A stretch of 62,037 bases of DNA, counting the filler, from Streblomastix strix (taxonomy: Eukaryota), in assembly GCA_008636045.1 (NCBI GenBank). It is 3 parts of 3 records of this genome, joined end to end, with 100 filler letters (N's around TTAATTAATTAA, not from the genome) between each part and the next. Parts side by side here need not be neighbours in the genome. Positions count along the whole stretch, not along the records: positions 41,438 to 62,037 come from SNRW01000424.1; 2 more parts are not named here. The stretch is one strand, 5' to 3'. This document shows, piece after piece, positions 41,445-55,000 of the stretch. The position numbers and the translations under genes were made by a program. Below the pieces are notes generated by a model that was not told the origin of the DNA, searched no databases, and worked only from the letters and a program-made list of their open reading frames with translations. Positions within the stretch are counted from its first letter, which is position 1, and each line of letters opens with the position of its first letter.

Positions 41445-42118
41445 AGCGAGAGGACACCACTGTTCTCGTAGTAAAGAGCAGGAATTTGGTATTTCTCAAA
41501 CATGATCTCAGTCATTTTCTCGCGGTTGGTCTCCGGATTCAGAACTGGTTCGGATATTAATATGGGAAACTCATAGGAGTTAACATGAAGGATGTTGGAA
41601 AAGGTGTAATTCTAAACAAATAATAATTTTAGTTAAAAAAATTAATTTAATTTACAGATAATAATAATATATGTAAATCATACCCATATTTTCTCCATCT
41701 CTTCCCAGTTGTTCACATTTCCGCGCTCAATTGGATAGTGCAGATTCATATTGTCACACAGACTAAATGCATCATCTCCAATCTTATAGTCTTTCTCATT
41801 CTATTCAATAATTTAAGGAAATACTGATCTTGGTTTGTCTTCACCCGCCATACCAACTTTCATTATCCCTGATCCGTTATCCAGAACAATAGATTTTATA
41901 TCCCCATTTTAATCCCGGATGTATCTATGCTCAATTTTCATAGAGGTAATACGAACTGACGCTCTGCTGTTCTTCATCTATTGAGTCACTGCCTGTTAAA
42001 CACCAACAAAGGAATTCTACTGTTTGATTGATGGATGTTTGTTATTTCTGTAAATGGATTGTTGTATGTGATGAGTTACATACTGCTGATGGAAGCCAGG
42101 ATCTTTGGGATAGTGCAT
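41445..42118 (-). CDS. Actin-related protein, N-terminal part (truncated at contig start); near-identical to the actin module at 52728-53291
   Basis: [25 protein letters not shown]…[18 protein letters not shown]|intron|…[18 protein letters not shown]. Confidence 0.8.
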
Positions 42119-43434
42119 CAAATATCATAAGAAATGCTTTTATTGATTGGTTACAATAACTCATTCACATAGTAATTTTAAAAGAGGTTCAATAATATCA
42201 ACTCCTGAAAATGAATCAATTATTTTTAATGTCATCAAATATGCGTTTTTCTGATGAATTATTATTTTATGATGATTGAAAATTAATCAGATTAAACGAT
42301 TGTTCGAATAAACAGATCTGCATTTAAATTGAAAATTCCCTAAGAAAATTAAATAAAATTTCTTATAAAGTTGAATTAAAAAAAAATTATACCGAAATCA
42401 CACAAATATTGTCTGGTTTAGAATGTAAATAATAATAATTATTATTTTCAAAGTTGATTAATCGAGCATGGAACATCTTCTTTATTCGCCCTTCATGAAT
42501 TGATAGTATGATGATTGTAAACAAAACAAAAATTAATATAAATTGAGTATTATTACTAAAATTAAACATACAGGGATAAATTTGAACATAAAATAGAAAC
42601 TCATGGTATTTTCTTCTTCTTTTTGAGGAACGCAGAAGCTTTAGAAATATAAATAAGAAGGTAAAAGATAATAATAATAGTCATATATAAAATAAAAAAT
42701 GAAACACAAACAATTTTGATTTTGCTGCCATGATTTAGACTTCCAATAACTCACTTGTTTTTATAACTCTAACTTCGTGGGAAATGAGAAACAAATTTTA
42801 TAATTTGTAATTATTATTAAACCAAAAATCTTGTGATAAACATAAAAAAAGTTCATATAAATAAAAATATTTCTAACATATCGTGAAACGGTGCGTTTTT
42901 TTAAAGTATCAAAATATCTCGTTATATATAATATTATTTGATTAATTAATGATATTAATTGTTGTTATAAATGTTTTAATATGAAATAATTCAGATTAAA
43001 TGATGTTTGAAAAACAATTAAACCTGTAAAACGAGATAAAATAATTAGAATGTATAATTCATAGTAATAACTTTAAATAAATGACGAATTATACAGATAA
43101 TTTTATTTTATGTAAATGGAAAAATAATAATTACATTTGGTTGATATTCGACTTTTTCGTTTTTACACAATACTGAACTCTTAATTTATCACGATAATAA
43201 TATTTTTAATTATTTTTATGCCAATATTTATCAAATATATTAAATATTTATTCAATTTAATTATAGCTGTGCTTGGAAATTAAAATGAAAATATTTTCAC
43301 TAAATATTAAAATTCATATCACATTCCTAATTAATATTAACTTTTTTTAAGTAAAATCGACAATTCATATATATTGGTTATATTGAATACAATTATTTTT
43401 TTCTATTTAGTATTCAGTGCATCACTAATTAAAT

Positions 43435-44732
43435 ATGAAACGTTTCCACTTGATCTATTTAGTATTTAGCATCATCCAATTCATTTTCGGTATTGAGAAC
43501 TTCATATTATTCCTTGTTGCATATTATCCAAAATATGGGTTTAGCCTCTTGACTATAATAAGACTGATTAATTCGATTTGGCATTTAGTTATTGGAATTT
43601 CAGGAATAATTTACTCAATTTGCAACGGAGGAAAAATATATCTGCTTATTTTGTTTATTGATTCTATATTTGTTGGCTCAGAGTTTTACGGATCAATTTT
43701 GATGATGAACCCATGCGGAATATTATTAATTGATTCTTCATAATGCAAAATCAATTAAAGTAATAAAATAATTGAATATTAAATGAATGAATCTGGAATG
43801 TCAGATGATTTAGATAAAGATTATTATGGAGCATTTCTGTTTGGTGGAATTGATTTCTTTCTCCAATCACTTGTTTTTTATTTAAAGATTGGCATTATTT
43901 TTCCTAAGGATGAAAAAGTTAACAAAGAAATATACTTCGTATGCTAATAATTATTAATTTTTTTTTATAAAAACATTCATCAATTTTTATTATAAAAACA
44001 TTCATCAATTTTTATTATTATCTTCATTTGATTTTTATATTTTAGATTTACTTTTTATCTGCTATCGTGCGTTTTAGTGCTGGACCTATTTTATACATTA
44101 TTGTTGAATGCTTCTATTGGCATAGAATTCTGATATATTCTGCTTCTTCGTGTCTTGGATTTTGGATAATAGTACTTATTATAGGATTAGTAATTTTTTT
44201 TTTAGATTAATCTGATGGACTCCCTGTGTCATTTTTTTGGTTGCATTTATTTCTGGGATTTTTCTACATCCCATTTCTTGTAGTAGGACTTAAATTTACA
44301 AATGATTTTGGGGAAAAAGAGAAGAATCCTGATACAAAATCATTATCACTTGGTGCAGGGATTTTCATGATGATTTTTTAATCTATAGGTGAAATTAGTT
44401 AAATGATTATTTTTGTCTAATTAGAAGATAAAGATAAATAAAAATATAATGATGAAGATGATGAATATATAAATTGTTCAAAATGCTGTAATTGTTGTAA
44501 GAGAAAACCAAAAGATAATAACAAACACTAAATAATTGATAATCCAAATTAAGAGGAGAGAATTGTAGTTCCATTATCAGTTTTTCAAACAACTTCTGGA
44601 TAATAACGAGAATAACCATATGTTATTTAATAAAATCCATTATTCAATCCTTCTATTTCTTCTTCTTCTTCATCATCTTCATCATCATCTTCTTCTTCAT
44701 CTTCATCATCATCTTCGTAAAATGCTCATTGA
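43435..44732 (+). CDS. Multi-pass (about 7 TM) membrane protein with Cys cluster and poly-Ser tail
   Basis: Two exons (intron ~43939-44046), seven hydrophobic segments by eye, CSKCCNCCKRK after the last TM, TGA at 44730-44732. Confidence 0.7.
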
Positions 44733-46009
44733 AATTAATTGTTAAAAGTGAAAATGAATGAATTTAACTAATATTTGTTTATTGATTAATTGAATTACCA
44801 TTTTAAACTAATATTTCTTTATTGGTTAATTGAATTACCATTTTAAACTTTCCATTCTTTTATTTTCATCTCATTTTCACATCAAATATCTCACTGAATC
44901 TTATTCTACTTTAAACAATTATTTATTAATACAGCAACATCTTATTAATAAATTTAATCACTTTTTCTTTTTTATAAAACTATTCTTTCTGCATCGTATT
45001 AACACAATCCCATACTCGTCCGCATGCTGCTTTTAATGTCCCAATAACCTGAATATTCTTCAGTCCAAGTTTTTATCCTACTCCAGATAATACTCCATTT
45101 TCACTTTAATCTGATTAATTTAAATTCATTAAATAAATTTATTTTATCTAAATATTAAAACAATACTTATTTTTTATTCATATTTTAAATAAGGAACAAA
45201 AATAATAATTCAAAATAATTTAGATAACTTTATTATCATATCAATATTTACCATTATTTCAAATATTATGTCTAATTCATTTTGCATTACTTCAGTAACT
45301 ATACTGTTAGTTTAAATTTTATATTGATTCATTTTTTATATAGGAACAAAAATAATCAATTAATATTATTCAAAATTTAATATCTTTATAATATTTTTCA
45401 TACTACGTAGATTCCTCTTAACATTCGTTTTGAGTATAAACATATTTAATTACATATTCTTTTTCAAATATCTATTTGGGTTACATTTATCGTTTAAGTT
45501 TTTAGTAATATGCCCTATTTATCTAACAGCATCTTAATGTTAATGCTTAATAAATGAATTTTGAGTTCTCAACCTGATTAGTTCCTCTAAATCAAGTTGA
45601 GGATTAGTATAAATAATTTATGGAGTTTTTGATGTTTTTACGATTCTTTTTCTGACTTATTTCTTTAATAGTTTTTCTCTAACTTCGCTTAATGATGTTT
45701 CATCGGTTTCATTTTAATCCTCTTATGGTTCATAAGATTTAAAATCTTCATCATCAGTTTATTTTTAAAGATATTTTTATGCATATTTTTTCTTAGGTTC
45801 AAGCCCTCCTCCACGAGATTCTAATAATAATTTATTCTACTACGTTTAAGTTTATTTTTTAAGTATCTGTTTTCTCTCTTCAAACACCTTAATTTCTTTA
45901 TTAACTTAGATAACATATCCATTATCAAAGTAATCATTTTTTGAATCATTTTCTATCAAATTCTTTAGTGCTTATTGTAAGTCCATTTGAACAATTTAAA
46001 ATAAAGAAA

Positions 46010-46720
46010 ATGATAAAGGATATAGAAAGAAGTCAAATTAAAATATCAAAAACTATAAAATAATTATTTATGATAAAACTTAGAGATCTAACCGATGATG
46101 ATAAAATAAGATTGCAATTGATCGATGATGCAATTAATCGCATTATAACAATGCCAAAGATAGATCTAGAACGAAGTGAAACAGTCGATGGAACGATTAA
46201 GCCTAAAGAAAATTTAACATAAACTGATAATGAAATTATTCCTGCAATACTTGAATAATTGATCATTAAATAATAATAAATAACTAAGTTTAAGAGTTAA
46301 TATAATAAAGATTAATATTATTAAATTGATCAAACAACTGCTTAAGTTAACCTTGAGGAAGTAGTTTAAAATATTTATCTTTTTCATTCAAATCTTGAAG
46401 TGATGAAATTCATTATTGATCGATTATGGACTACAGTCACTATAAGAAAAAGAGGTAAAGATTTTATATTTTCATCAGAAAATTTTATAAAACTATAGGC
46501 ATAAAACACTTTTGAAAATGAAGATGATTTAGAAATTGCATTAAAGAAACCAGTAATGAGATCCCATTCATGCCTAGATAAATTATATAAAAAGAAAGAT
46601 TTTATAAGAGTATTGGATGTATTAATTAAAAATGTTTGTATACCAGTTAGTGGTAATGTTCTTTTTAATTCTGTTGAATAAACAATATCGAATAATTAAA
46701 GACTTTGTTCGTTTGTCTGA
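46010..46720 (+). CDS. Hypothetical protein in virus-like cluster (degenerate continuation to ~47230)
   Basis: 237-codon ORF under TAR=Gln (MIKDIERSQIK…). Confidence 0.45.
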
Positions 46721-47305
46721 TGCGCCTATATCAGAAATAACAAAAGATGATTTTGAAATTATTATTTTACCTGTCCAATTTTTACATTTAATTATTTTTA
46801 TCGACAACAAAAATGCTTGCACAATCTGAAATAGTCAAAGTTAAATTACTTGTTCATCTTCAAAATATACCAAAAGAAATATACATGGAACCTATTTATT
46901 AATGTGGAGATGATTTATATTAATGAACAGTAAATAAATACAATAAACCATACTATAGACTACTAAAACCATATGGAAGTAATCCTAGTTATCCATAACA
47001 TGTTTATATAATGATTGAAAAAAGAAATAATTAGCTTTTTGATGATACAATTAAATAGTATACATAACAGATGAAGTATCATAGAGATTACAATATCTCA
47101 TTATCCTTTTAGAAACTTAAGTGAAGATGATGCAATCAAATTTAGGGAACTAAGAGAATCAGTTAAATAAATGTAATCTTAAACAAAATTTAATTAATAT
47201 AATTAATTTATATTTAAACGTCTTGATAATTGTAAATAATACTTTGTTAATGAAACCTGATGTTTAAGCTTCGTTAAATGATCATTGATTATTTTTGTAA
47301 TAAAA

Positions 47306-48064
47306 ATGGATCAAAACTTAAGTGATTTAGATATGATTGAAGAAGATGAATAGATTAATTAGTAAAAATAAGTAATTTAATTAATAAAATAATAAGCAGA
47401 AAAATAAAAAAAAATTAAAGAAAGAAATTTATTAATGCAAGTTATTGATAATGAGATAATAAAGCATTTGAATTATTTGAGTTAATTCTTTAGGAGTTCT
47501 ATCGATTTTGTTTATCTACATTCTGTTTAGATTATTCGTGGAGTAAAGACATTTTTATAACCTATAACAGCTGGTAAAATTATTAAATAAGGTGGAACAA
47601 GTAATTAAATTCTATTATCAAATGGTGATACTATTGATAAAAATTATTTAGATTATAAACCTATTGAAAATGCGCGTAATTCATCAATTGCTTATGGAAT
47701 GTATGAATCACGAATATGGTATACATTAACAACATAAAATAGTAGGGTATATATTTCTCAGTAAGTTACTTATTTTGATCCTTATACAGTATGGGATTCA
47801 GGATATACAATATTCTCTATCGTTGATAATGCTATAAAACTAAAATTCAGTGGAACACCAACTAACATATCATTAAATGCTGTTCTCTTTGCATAAAAAG
47901 TTATTGATTATTCAATATTTTGGAATGGAGCAATTCCAATAGTTTGCTTTATTAATCCTAATGGTAATGTTAAAATTAATACAATGTTTTAGCTAAGTTT
48001 AACTGATGATTTTTGTGTTTAAGTATGTGATTCATATGCCATTCATAATTAATCAGCCAATTGA
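47306..48064 (+). CDS. Putative viral fibre/receptor-binding protein, 252 aa
   Basis: Coiled-coil N-terminus, fibre-like motif QIIRGVKTFLQPITAGKIIKQGGTSNQILLSNGD and a beta-rich C-terminal head (…CFINPNGNVKI…VCDSY). Confidence 0.55.
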
Positions 48065-49418
48065 ATAATTTGAAAATAAACAAATGGAAGGATTCAATGA
48101 AATAATCATTTATGCTCTAGATTAATTGAACATAAACTGGCACGAAATCTTTAAAGCTATTTGGGAAGCAGCTATCAAATACGCTTGCGAATCAATGATA
48201 TGGAGTTGGCTTTTTCAATTGAGGAAAAATGGTAAATTTCACGAACTAGAAGAATTGGCAAAATAAATACAATAAATATAATTTGTACATAAAAATTATC
48301 ATGCTTAAAAGTTTGACGATGTCTTCCCTATGAACTTTTATGATTTTTAAAATTTATCAGTAAAATTTTATTCTATATAAATGTTTTAAAATCATTAGGA
48401 TTTGCTTTAATTGTTTCAAAATAATATTTAAATATTTGTTAATTATATATTTGTTAATTTTTTCATTTAAATACTTTCAATAATATGCAGTTTTATTAAT
48501 TCATTAATAGAGCAAGTAACAGTTAACAAATATTCAAAAGCAGTTTGATAATATCCAAAAATTAAACAATCACCTATAAATTTGATAATATTTAAATAAA
48601 AAATAAAAGTTATAGCTTTAATTTCCATCATCAATATTTTTTAGATAATAACGATTTTCTGCCTTAACTTTTGATTGTTTATCTATCATAAATAGTATTT
48701 TATACCAATATATGCAATTTAAACATAATTATCTACAAAACGAGTAAAATAATAACACATATACAAAGTATGATATGATATATCAACTAAATTCAAAATA
48801 TTAAAATTCCGAATAATTGGCTAATTAATTTTTGATCTATTTAAATTGTTTAAATTATTTTCTATTATTTAATCAAAATTATGTGAATTATATAACCAAT
48901 AATATTACAATTTAATATTTTTTTAACCATTTTTTTAATTAATGTGAGCTAAAATCTAAGCTGAAGAAGCAGACTTTGAAGAAATCACAGAACATACATT
49001 ATAACGTAGACTTGCAGTTGAATAGAGGTTGGATTAATTATTAATTAATGTTTATTATTTAATTATGATTATAACTGAATATAATACTAAATTTTTATTT
49101 TTAAAGTTATTATACAGCTGATTCAGAAAAGAATTTAGCGATATATACTCTTCGCTCTTTACTTGATGTTATAAACGATAAGCTACACAATTATGAATAG
49201 GGGGACAAAAGAAACTTATTGCTGGAAATTATGTTTATATATGATTGTATTTTAAGTTACGTTTTTTTATTATACGTTTCATTTTATATAATGTGAATGA
49301 TTGATAATAAATTGAATGGCTTTGACAACTCCAGAATGTAATAAAAAACTTAAAAAATGAATTGATATGCCACCCATATTAATATATATTTATAAAAGCT
49401 CATCATTAAAAAGTAAAC

Positions 49419-50065
49419 TCAGTCAACCTCTTCCATTTCATTCTATTCACCTTCTGCTGCTCCACCTCCTGTTGATTCATGTGGAGGAAGATCTGCTGCA
49501 ATATCTCCTGTATCATCAATTGAAAGTCCTAATTTAATCATTCTATATATTCTAGCTGAGAATGATGCTGAATCTTCATGTGAGAAACCTGAAGTGAGAA
49601 GAGCTGTTTCATATAACATCAAAACTAAATCTTTTAATGTTGCATCAGCTGCATTGCCCCGCTTCTTACGCAATTCTGCAATGATAGCATGATCTGTGTT
49701 AATTTCCATAGTATTCTCTGGTTGAATGTATGAGAATGAAGATGCATCACGTAATGCTTGTGCTTTCATAATACGTTCTATATTCGCACTCCATCCATAT
49801 TCATTAGTTACAAGACAGCATGGTGAATCATCGACGCGCATTTATACAGCTACTTTCTCCACTTTCTCTCCAAGAATATCTTTCATTACTTTGCAAAGAC
49901 TTTCATTTGCTGCTTTCAATTCTTCTTTTCTTCTTCAACTTTTGGTTCATCTTCTTCTCATTCTTTTTTCTTTTCTTCATCTTTTTTCTCATCTTTTTCT
50001 TTTCTTTTTCTCTTCTTCATCTTCCATTTCCTTCTCAGCCGTCTTCCTTGTCTATAATTCAACGA
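49419..50065 (-). pseudogene. HSP90: Cytosolic Hsp90 fragment (5'-truncated, middle domain deleted)
   Basis: SPCCLVTNEYGWSANIERIMKAQALRD…LYETALLTSGF…RIYRMIKLGL…GEQNEMEEVD*. The charged linker is joined directly to the C-terminal region. Confidence 0.9.
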
Positions 50066-51122
50066 ATTAAGTAGTTTAATTATGTTTTAAAACTAAAATT
50101 AAATAAAATAGAATAAAGATGAATAAGAAATATGTAAATAAATCATAAATGTAATAAAACACTCATCAAATTCTATTATGATTTTAAAATAACAGTATAT
50201 AAATATTGAAACTGGCAAAATGTTATTTTTTTAAAATATTTATAATAAAAATTTGATCATTTACCCAATGGACGGCTAGGAAGTTGAAAATAAAATTTTT
50301 CTAAATTTTTCAACATATTAAATGGAATATAAAATTAGTAATTATTTATGTGAATTTTATAATAATATATAATCAAAAATGATTTTACAATTTCTAATAA
50401 ATTGCATGTGTGAATCAAGCATAAAATTGTTTTTATTAGTGAAAAAAATATTTCTTTCGTTAGCTTTATATACTTTACAATTTACAATATCATAATGATA
50501 ATTTAAATGAAAAGATATAAAAAGATTAAATTAATATTCATAAAATATATAAATATCACTAATTAAAAAATTCAATTTAATATTTTTTCGTGAGATATTT
50601 CTCCATAACGCTCTATACGATTTTTGTAATATAATAAAATTAAATGTAAATTGTTTCAATAAATAGATATATATTTGTCATATTTCTAGTTAACGTCGCA
50701 CCTAAAGCCATTTAGAAAAAAATACTGCTTTTTTTAAAAAATATTCCGTAAGAGACGTAAACAAATTAAATTTTTAAATTATAATTTTAATTTTACTTAA
50801 AATTATATATTAAGTTCAATTATTTTAGTTACATTAAAAATTATCAATTTTTTATTTAATAAAATTTGGATTAAATTTTTTTTTTTTTAGAAAAAACGCC
50901 ATATTTCTCTTCGACTCTCTATACGTTTTTTTTATTGTCTTTTAAATGTTTCTTATATTAATATATATTATTTATTTTTATTATTATTATTGCTGGTTAG
51001 CGTCGATTGTAAACACGAAAAGCCAGCTCCATATGCCGATGAAATCGGTTATTGCTAATGCAAAGTAGATGAAAAAATAAATTTATTTTTGCTTCACCAA
51101 CTTCGTTGGCGGGCATAAATGC

Positions 51123-51733
51123 TCACTGAGGCTTAATATCTCCACCAGCAAGTTTTCCAATAACGTCAATATTTAGTTCTGATTGCATGGAGCTATCATC
51201 AAATATAATTCTAACAAACGCATCACATAAATGATGCGTCATTGGTATAAATGATACTTTAGCAGGATCAGGATATGCTCCTGTTCCAATGAATTGTTTG
51301 ATATAATTTTAATTCTATGTTGGACATTAGTTGTATCAACTATTCCATTAGTCAAATTTCATATCAAATTCACTAAATTATAAGATCTTGAACCTGCATT
51401 TGAATAGTTATAGTCTCTCATGAATGAATTTTTAGTAGATAATTTTCATGCAAGCATATATTTGTCAGGATAAAGTGTTCTAATAACTTTGCTTTCACCA
51501 TGCAATACAGTTAGATATAATAAATTAGAAGTTTTATATTAATCTTATTTATCGTGAAATCCATAGAAATTACATTTTTCATCAATATTCAAGTTTTCAA
51601 TTGTAAGAGAATGATATAGATCTGATGCGCACTAACAACATCTTAATCAACGAAACAATCAAACACTTATCCATTAGTTGCATAAGTTAACGCATTATAT
51701 GGTTATGGAATAACATTATCCTAATCAATAAAT
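51123..51733 (-). pseudogene. Candidate major capsid protein C-terminal fragment of a Polinton-like virus
   Basis: Intron-less, frameshifted ORF FIDQDNVIPQPY…FDCFVDQDVVSA…KYMLA*KLSTKNSFMRDY…MTHHLCDAFVRIIFDD…LNIDVIG; beta-rich. The assignment rests on recalled family resemblance only. Confidence 0.4.
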
Positions 51734-52023
51734 TAAATATAAAAAACGTTTCTAGTCACTAAAAGGCATACAGAAAAGGCATTTCTTTTTGTAGTCTCGG
51801 TTTATCAGCAAATCATGATTTATTTGCAAATCAATAAATAAGGATAAAAAATCAAATAAAATCAAATGTTTTTGACTAAAATTTTTATCATAGATTAAAA
51901 TTTAAAATAGTAAAAGATAACAATACTGATGAAGATATTAATTCAGAAAAATTGTAAAACAATATAATTGAGTATAACAAAAAATAAGGAGGAAAAAACG
52001 AAAGATTTCATGTTTAAATTGAG

Positions 52024-55000
52024 TCAAACACAGTTCTATTTCACAACAGCATATCCTCTTTCTTTATATTCTTATTTTGTGATCAACCAATCCCCGAAAA
52101 CTTTCATAGAAGCCAAAATTGATCCTCCAACCCACACTGAAAATTGGCGATCTGGAGGTGCAATAATGTTGATATCAGCTGTTTTTGGTGCGAGAATCTA
52201 AAGCTCTCTATTCAATCTCTCAGCAAATCCATTGAGCATCGACGTTCCTCCAGAAATGCAGATACTTTTGAAAAGCTCGTTGCGGACTTTGGAGTCACAA
52301 TTCTGAATTGACTGAAACACCAAGTTATGAACACCAGGCATATCAAAACCAATTAAACTAGGTTTGAATATGGCTTCTGGACATCTGAATCTTTCTGATC
52401 CAATTGAAATTTCCTAACCATCAGGCATAGTATATGTCATGTCAACCAGTTTCTATGCTTTTCTTTTCTGTGATTTATAGTCCATAACAATATAGCAAAG
52501 CTTTTCTTTAATATCTTTTGCAATCTCGTAATTTAATTAAACTCCCTTTTCCAACAGTTCTCTTAAAATTGAAACAGTTACATCTCTTCCCGCCATTTCA
52601 TTTCTAAATATTCCATTTGGCTGCTTCAACCCATTATAAATCGGGACAACGCTAATTAGACAATCTCCGCTCTCAAGAACGACTCCGAATGTTCTCCCTG
52701 TTGAATAAAGCGAGAGGACACCACTGTTCTCGTAGTAAAGAGCAGGAATTTGGTATTTCTCAAACATGATCTCAGTCATTTTCTAGCGGTTGATCTCCGG
52801 ATTCAGAACTGGCTCAGATATTAATATGGGAAATTCATAGGAATTAACATGAAGGATGTTGGAAAAGGTATAATTCTAAATAATATAAAAATAATTATAA
52901 TTAAAAGAAATAATTTAATTTACAGATAATAATAATATATGTAAATCATACCCATATTTTCTCCATCTCTTCCCAGTTGTTCACATTTCCGTGCTCAATT
53001 GGATAGTGCAGATTCATATTGTCACAAAGACTAAATGCATCATCTCCAATCTTATAGTCTTTCTCATTCTACTCTATAATTTAAGGAAACACTGATCTTG
53101 GTTTGTCTTCACCCGCCATACCAACTTTCATTATCCCTGATCCGTTATCCAGAACAATAGATTTTATATCCCCATTTTAATCCCGGATGTATCTGTGCTC
53201 AATTCTCATAGAGGTAATACGAACTGACGCTCTGCTGTTCTTCATCTATTGAGTCACTGCCTGTTAAACACCAACAAAGGGATTCTACTGTGTAATTAGT
53301 GAAGCTGTATATTACTGATCTGGAGAAGGTGGCTATGAATCAGGGGAAGGAGGAGGTAATGGAGATAATGATTAGGAATGTTATTATTATTATTATGATT
53401 AGGAATGTTATTATTATTAGGAATATTGTTATTATTATTATGGTTAGGAATATTATTATTATTATTTATGCAATGGAGTTGAAGGAGAAGGAGGAGCAGA
53501 AGGAGGTCCTGATGGAGGACCCAATGATAATTACGAATTTGTTGGAGAAGGAGGATTTGAAGGAGGTCCCAAATCAGGCGTTGTTGATTGACGCAATTTT
53601 TGTTGTTATTTTGGTGAAGGCGAAGGTTTGCGTAAAGAAGCAATTTTTGAAGCTGGTGGAGAAGATGATTATGAAGAATGTTTTTATTAGTAAGGCAACT
53701 GTTTCTAAGGAAATAACATTTTATTATTTCTTGATTTAAGTTCGGCATTAAGTTGATTGATGTCCTCTAAAGTATTTTGAGGTTTGTTAATTTTATATTA
53801 TTGTTATACTATTACTTATTTATTTTTATCTATTGTATCTTTTTATTATTGCTATACAATTACCTATTTATTATTATCAATTGAATCTTTTTATTATTGC
53901 TATACAATTACCTATTTATTTTTATCTTTTGTTTCTATTTATTATTTTTCAATCTTATTCTCAATTTTTTATTCTTTATCTTTTGTCTCTATTTATTATT
54001 TTTCAATCTTATTCTCAATTTTTTATTCTTTGTCATTTGTTTCATGTTATTTAAATTTCTTATTCATTTCCTGATTTGTTTCTTTTTCATCTTTGTATCT
54101 TTCAATTATGGACACAAGTTACATTGTATCACTTTGGAGAAGTTATTATATCGAAGGTCTTTATGATGGATTCTTATTGAAATATGTAATAGTAATTATA
54201 AAAAATAATGACTATAATAACAAAAAATAAATATTAAGATTATTGCATACTAAATTCATCATTGATTCCAACATAAGTTTCAAATCACCATAAATTAATT
54301 CAGGAAAATGTTTCATTTTCCCATTTTAAATGTTTTTAACAGTTTCATTTTAAGTCAAACCTTAGAAAGGATGAAACCCAGTTACAATTTCGACTATTAT
54401 AACACCAACTTACCAAATATTGCTTTCAGAAGTCATTCTATGATTGTATTATAAAACGAATAAATACAAAAGAGATTATTCTAAGGAAATAATAATAATA
54501 AATTATTTGAAACTTTTCCTGCTAATATGCTTCGGGTGGAATGTAAGTCTAGCAAGCTATATTTTAAGATGAACTAAAATCTGCAATATGAATATTCAAA
54601 TGTAAATTCGTAAATTGAATAATTAATATCGTAAAAATAATATAAACCGATTTTAACATTTTCATCTTAATCAAAATATATATTTTCAGGCTTTAAGTCT
54701 TAATAAATGATTCCTTTTGAATGAAGTTCGTTAATGCATTTTAAAATTTAGTATCCATACAAATATCCCTTCTGCACAATTAAAAACATAAAAATTATGT
54801 TAAAATTATGAATGAGTTAAAATAATTGGAGTAACTCTAAAATTTAATATAAACCATTTTCCTATCATTTCCAGTCATTGTTTTCAATTCATTTCCCATC
54901 ATATTACGCAGATTTCCATTGGGACAATACTCAAGTACAAGGCATATATCTTGTTCATGCGGGAATGTTTCAATCAAATTAACTAAATGTTTGGATTTAG

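Larger units (their letters stand above)
45000..48300. mobile_element. Second virus-like (Polinton-like) relic: compact intron-less ORF cluster
   Basis: Head-to-head ORFs starting at 45986(-) and 46010(+) only 23 nt apart, a fibre-like ORF at 47306-48064 and a small ORF from 48084. No introns; frameshifts present. Confidence 0.5.

Noticed and set aside
43965..44018. Short tandem duplication in the intron (a similar ~40-nt pair at ~44766-44849)
   Set aside because: Ordinary two-copy slippage repeats with no further structure.
53795..54035. CRISPR-like array
   Set aside because: Contiguous in-frame coding repeats with no unique spacers, in a eukaryotic gene with no cas genes.
53296..54166. 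Listed ORFs 53296-53748, 53299-53739 and 53784-54166 as separate or membrane proteins
   Set aside because: They are off-frame or antisense shadows of the Gln/Pro-rich repeats in the fusion gene.
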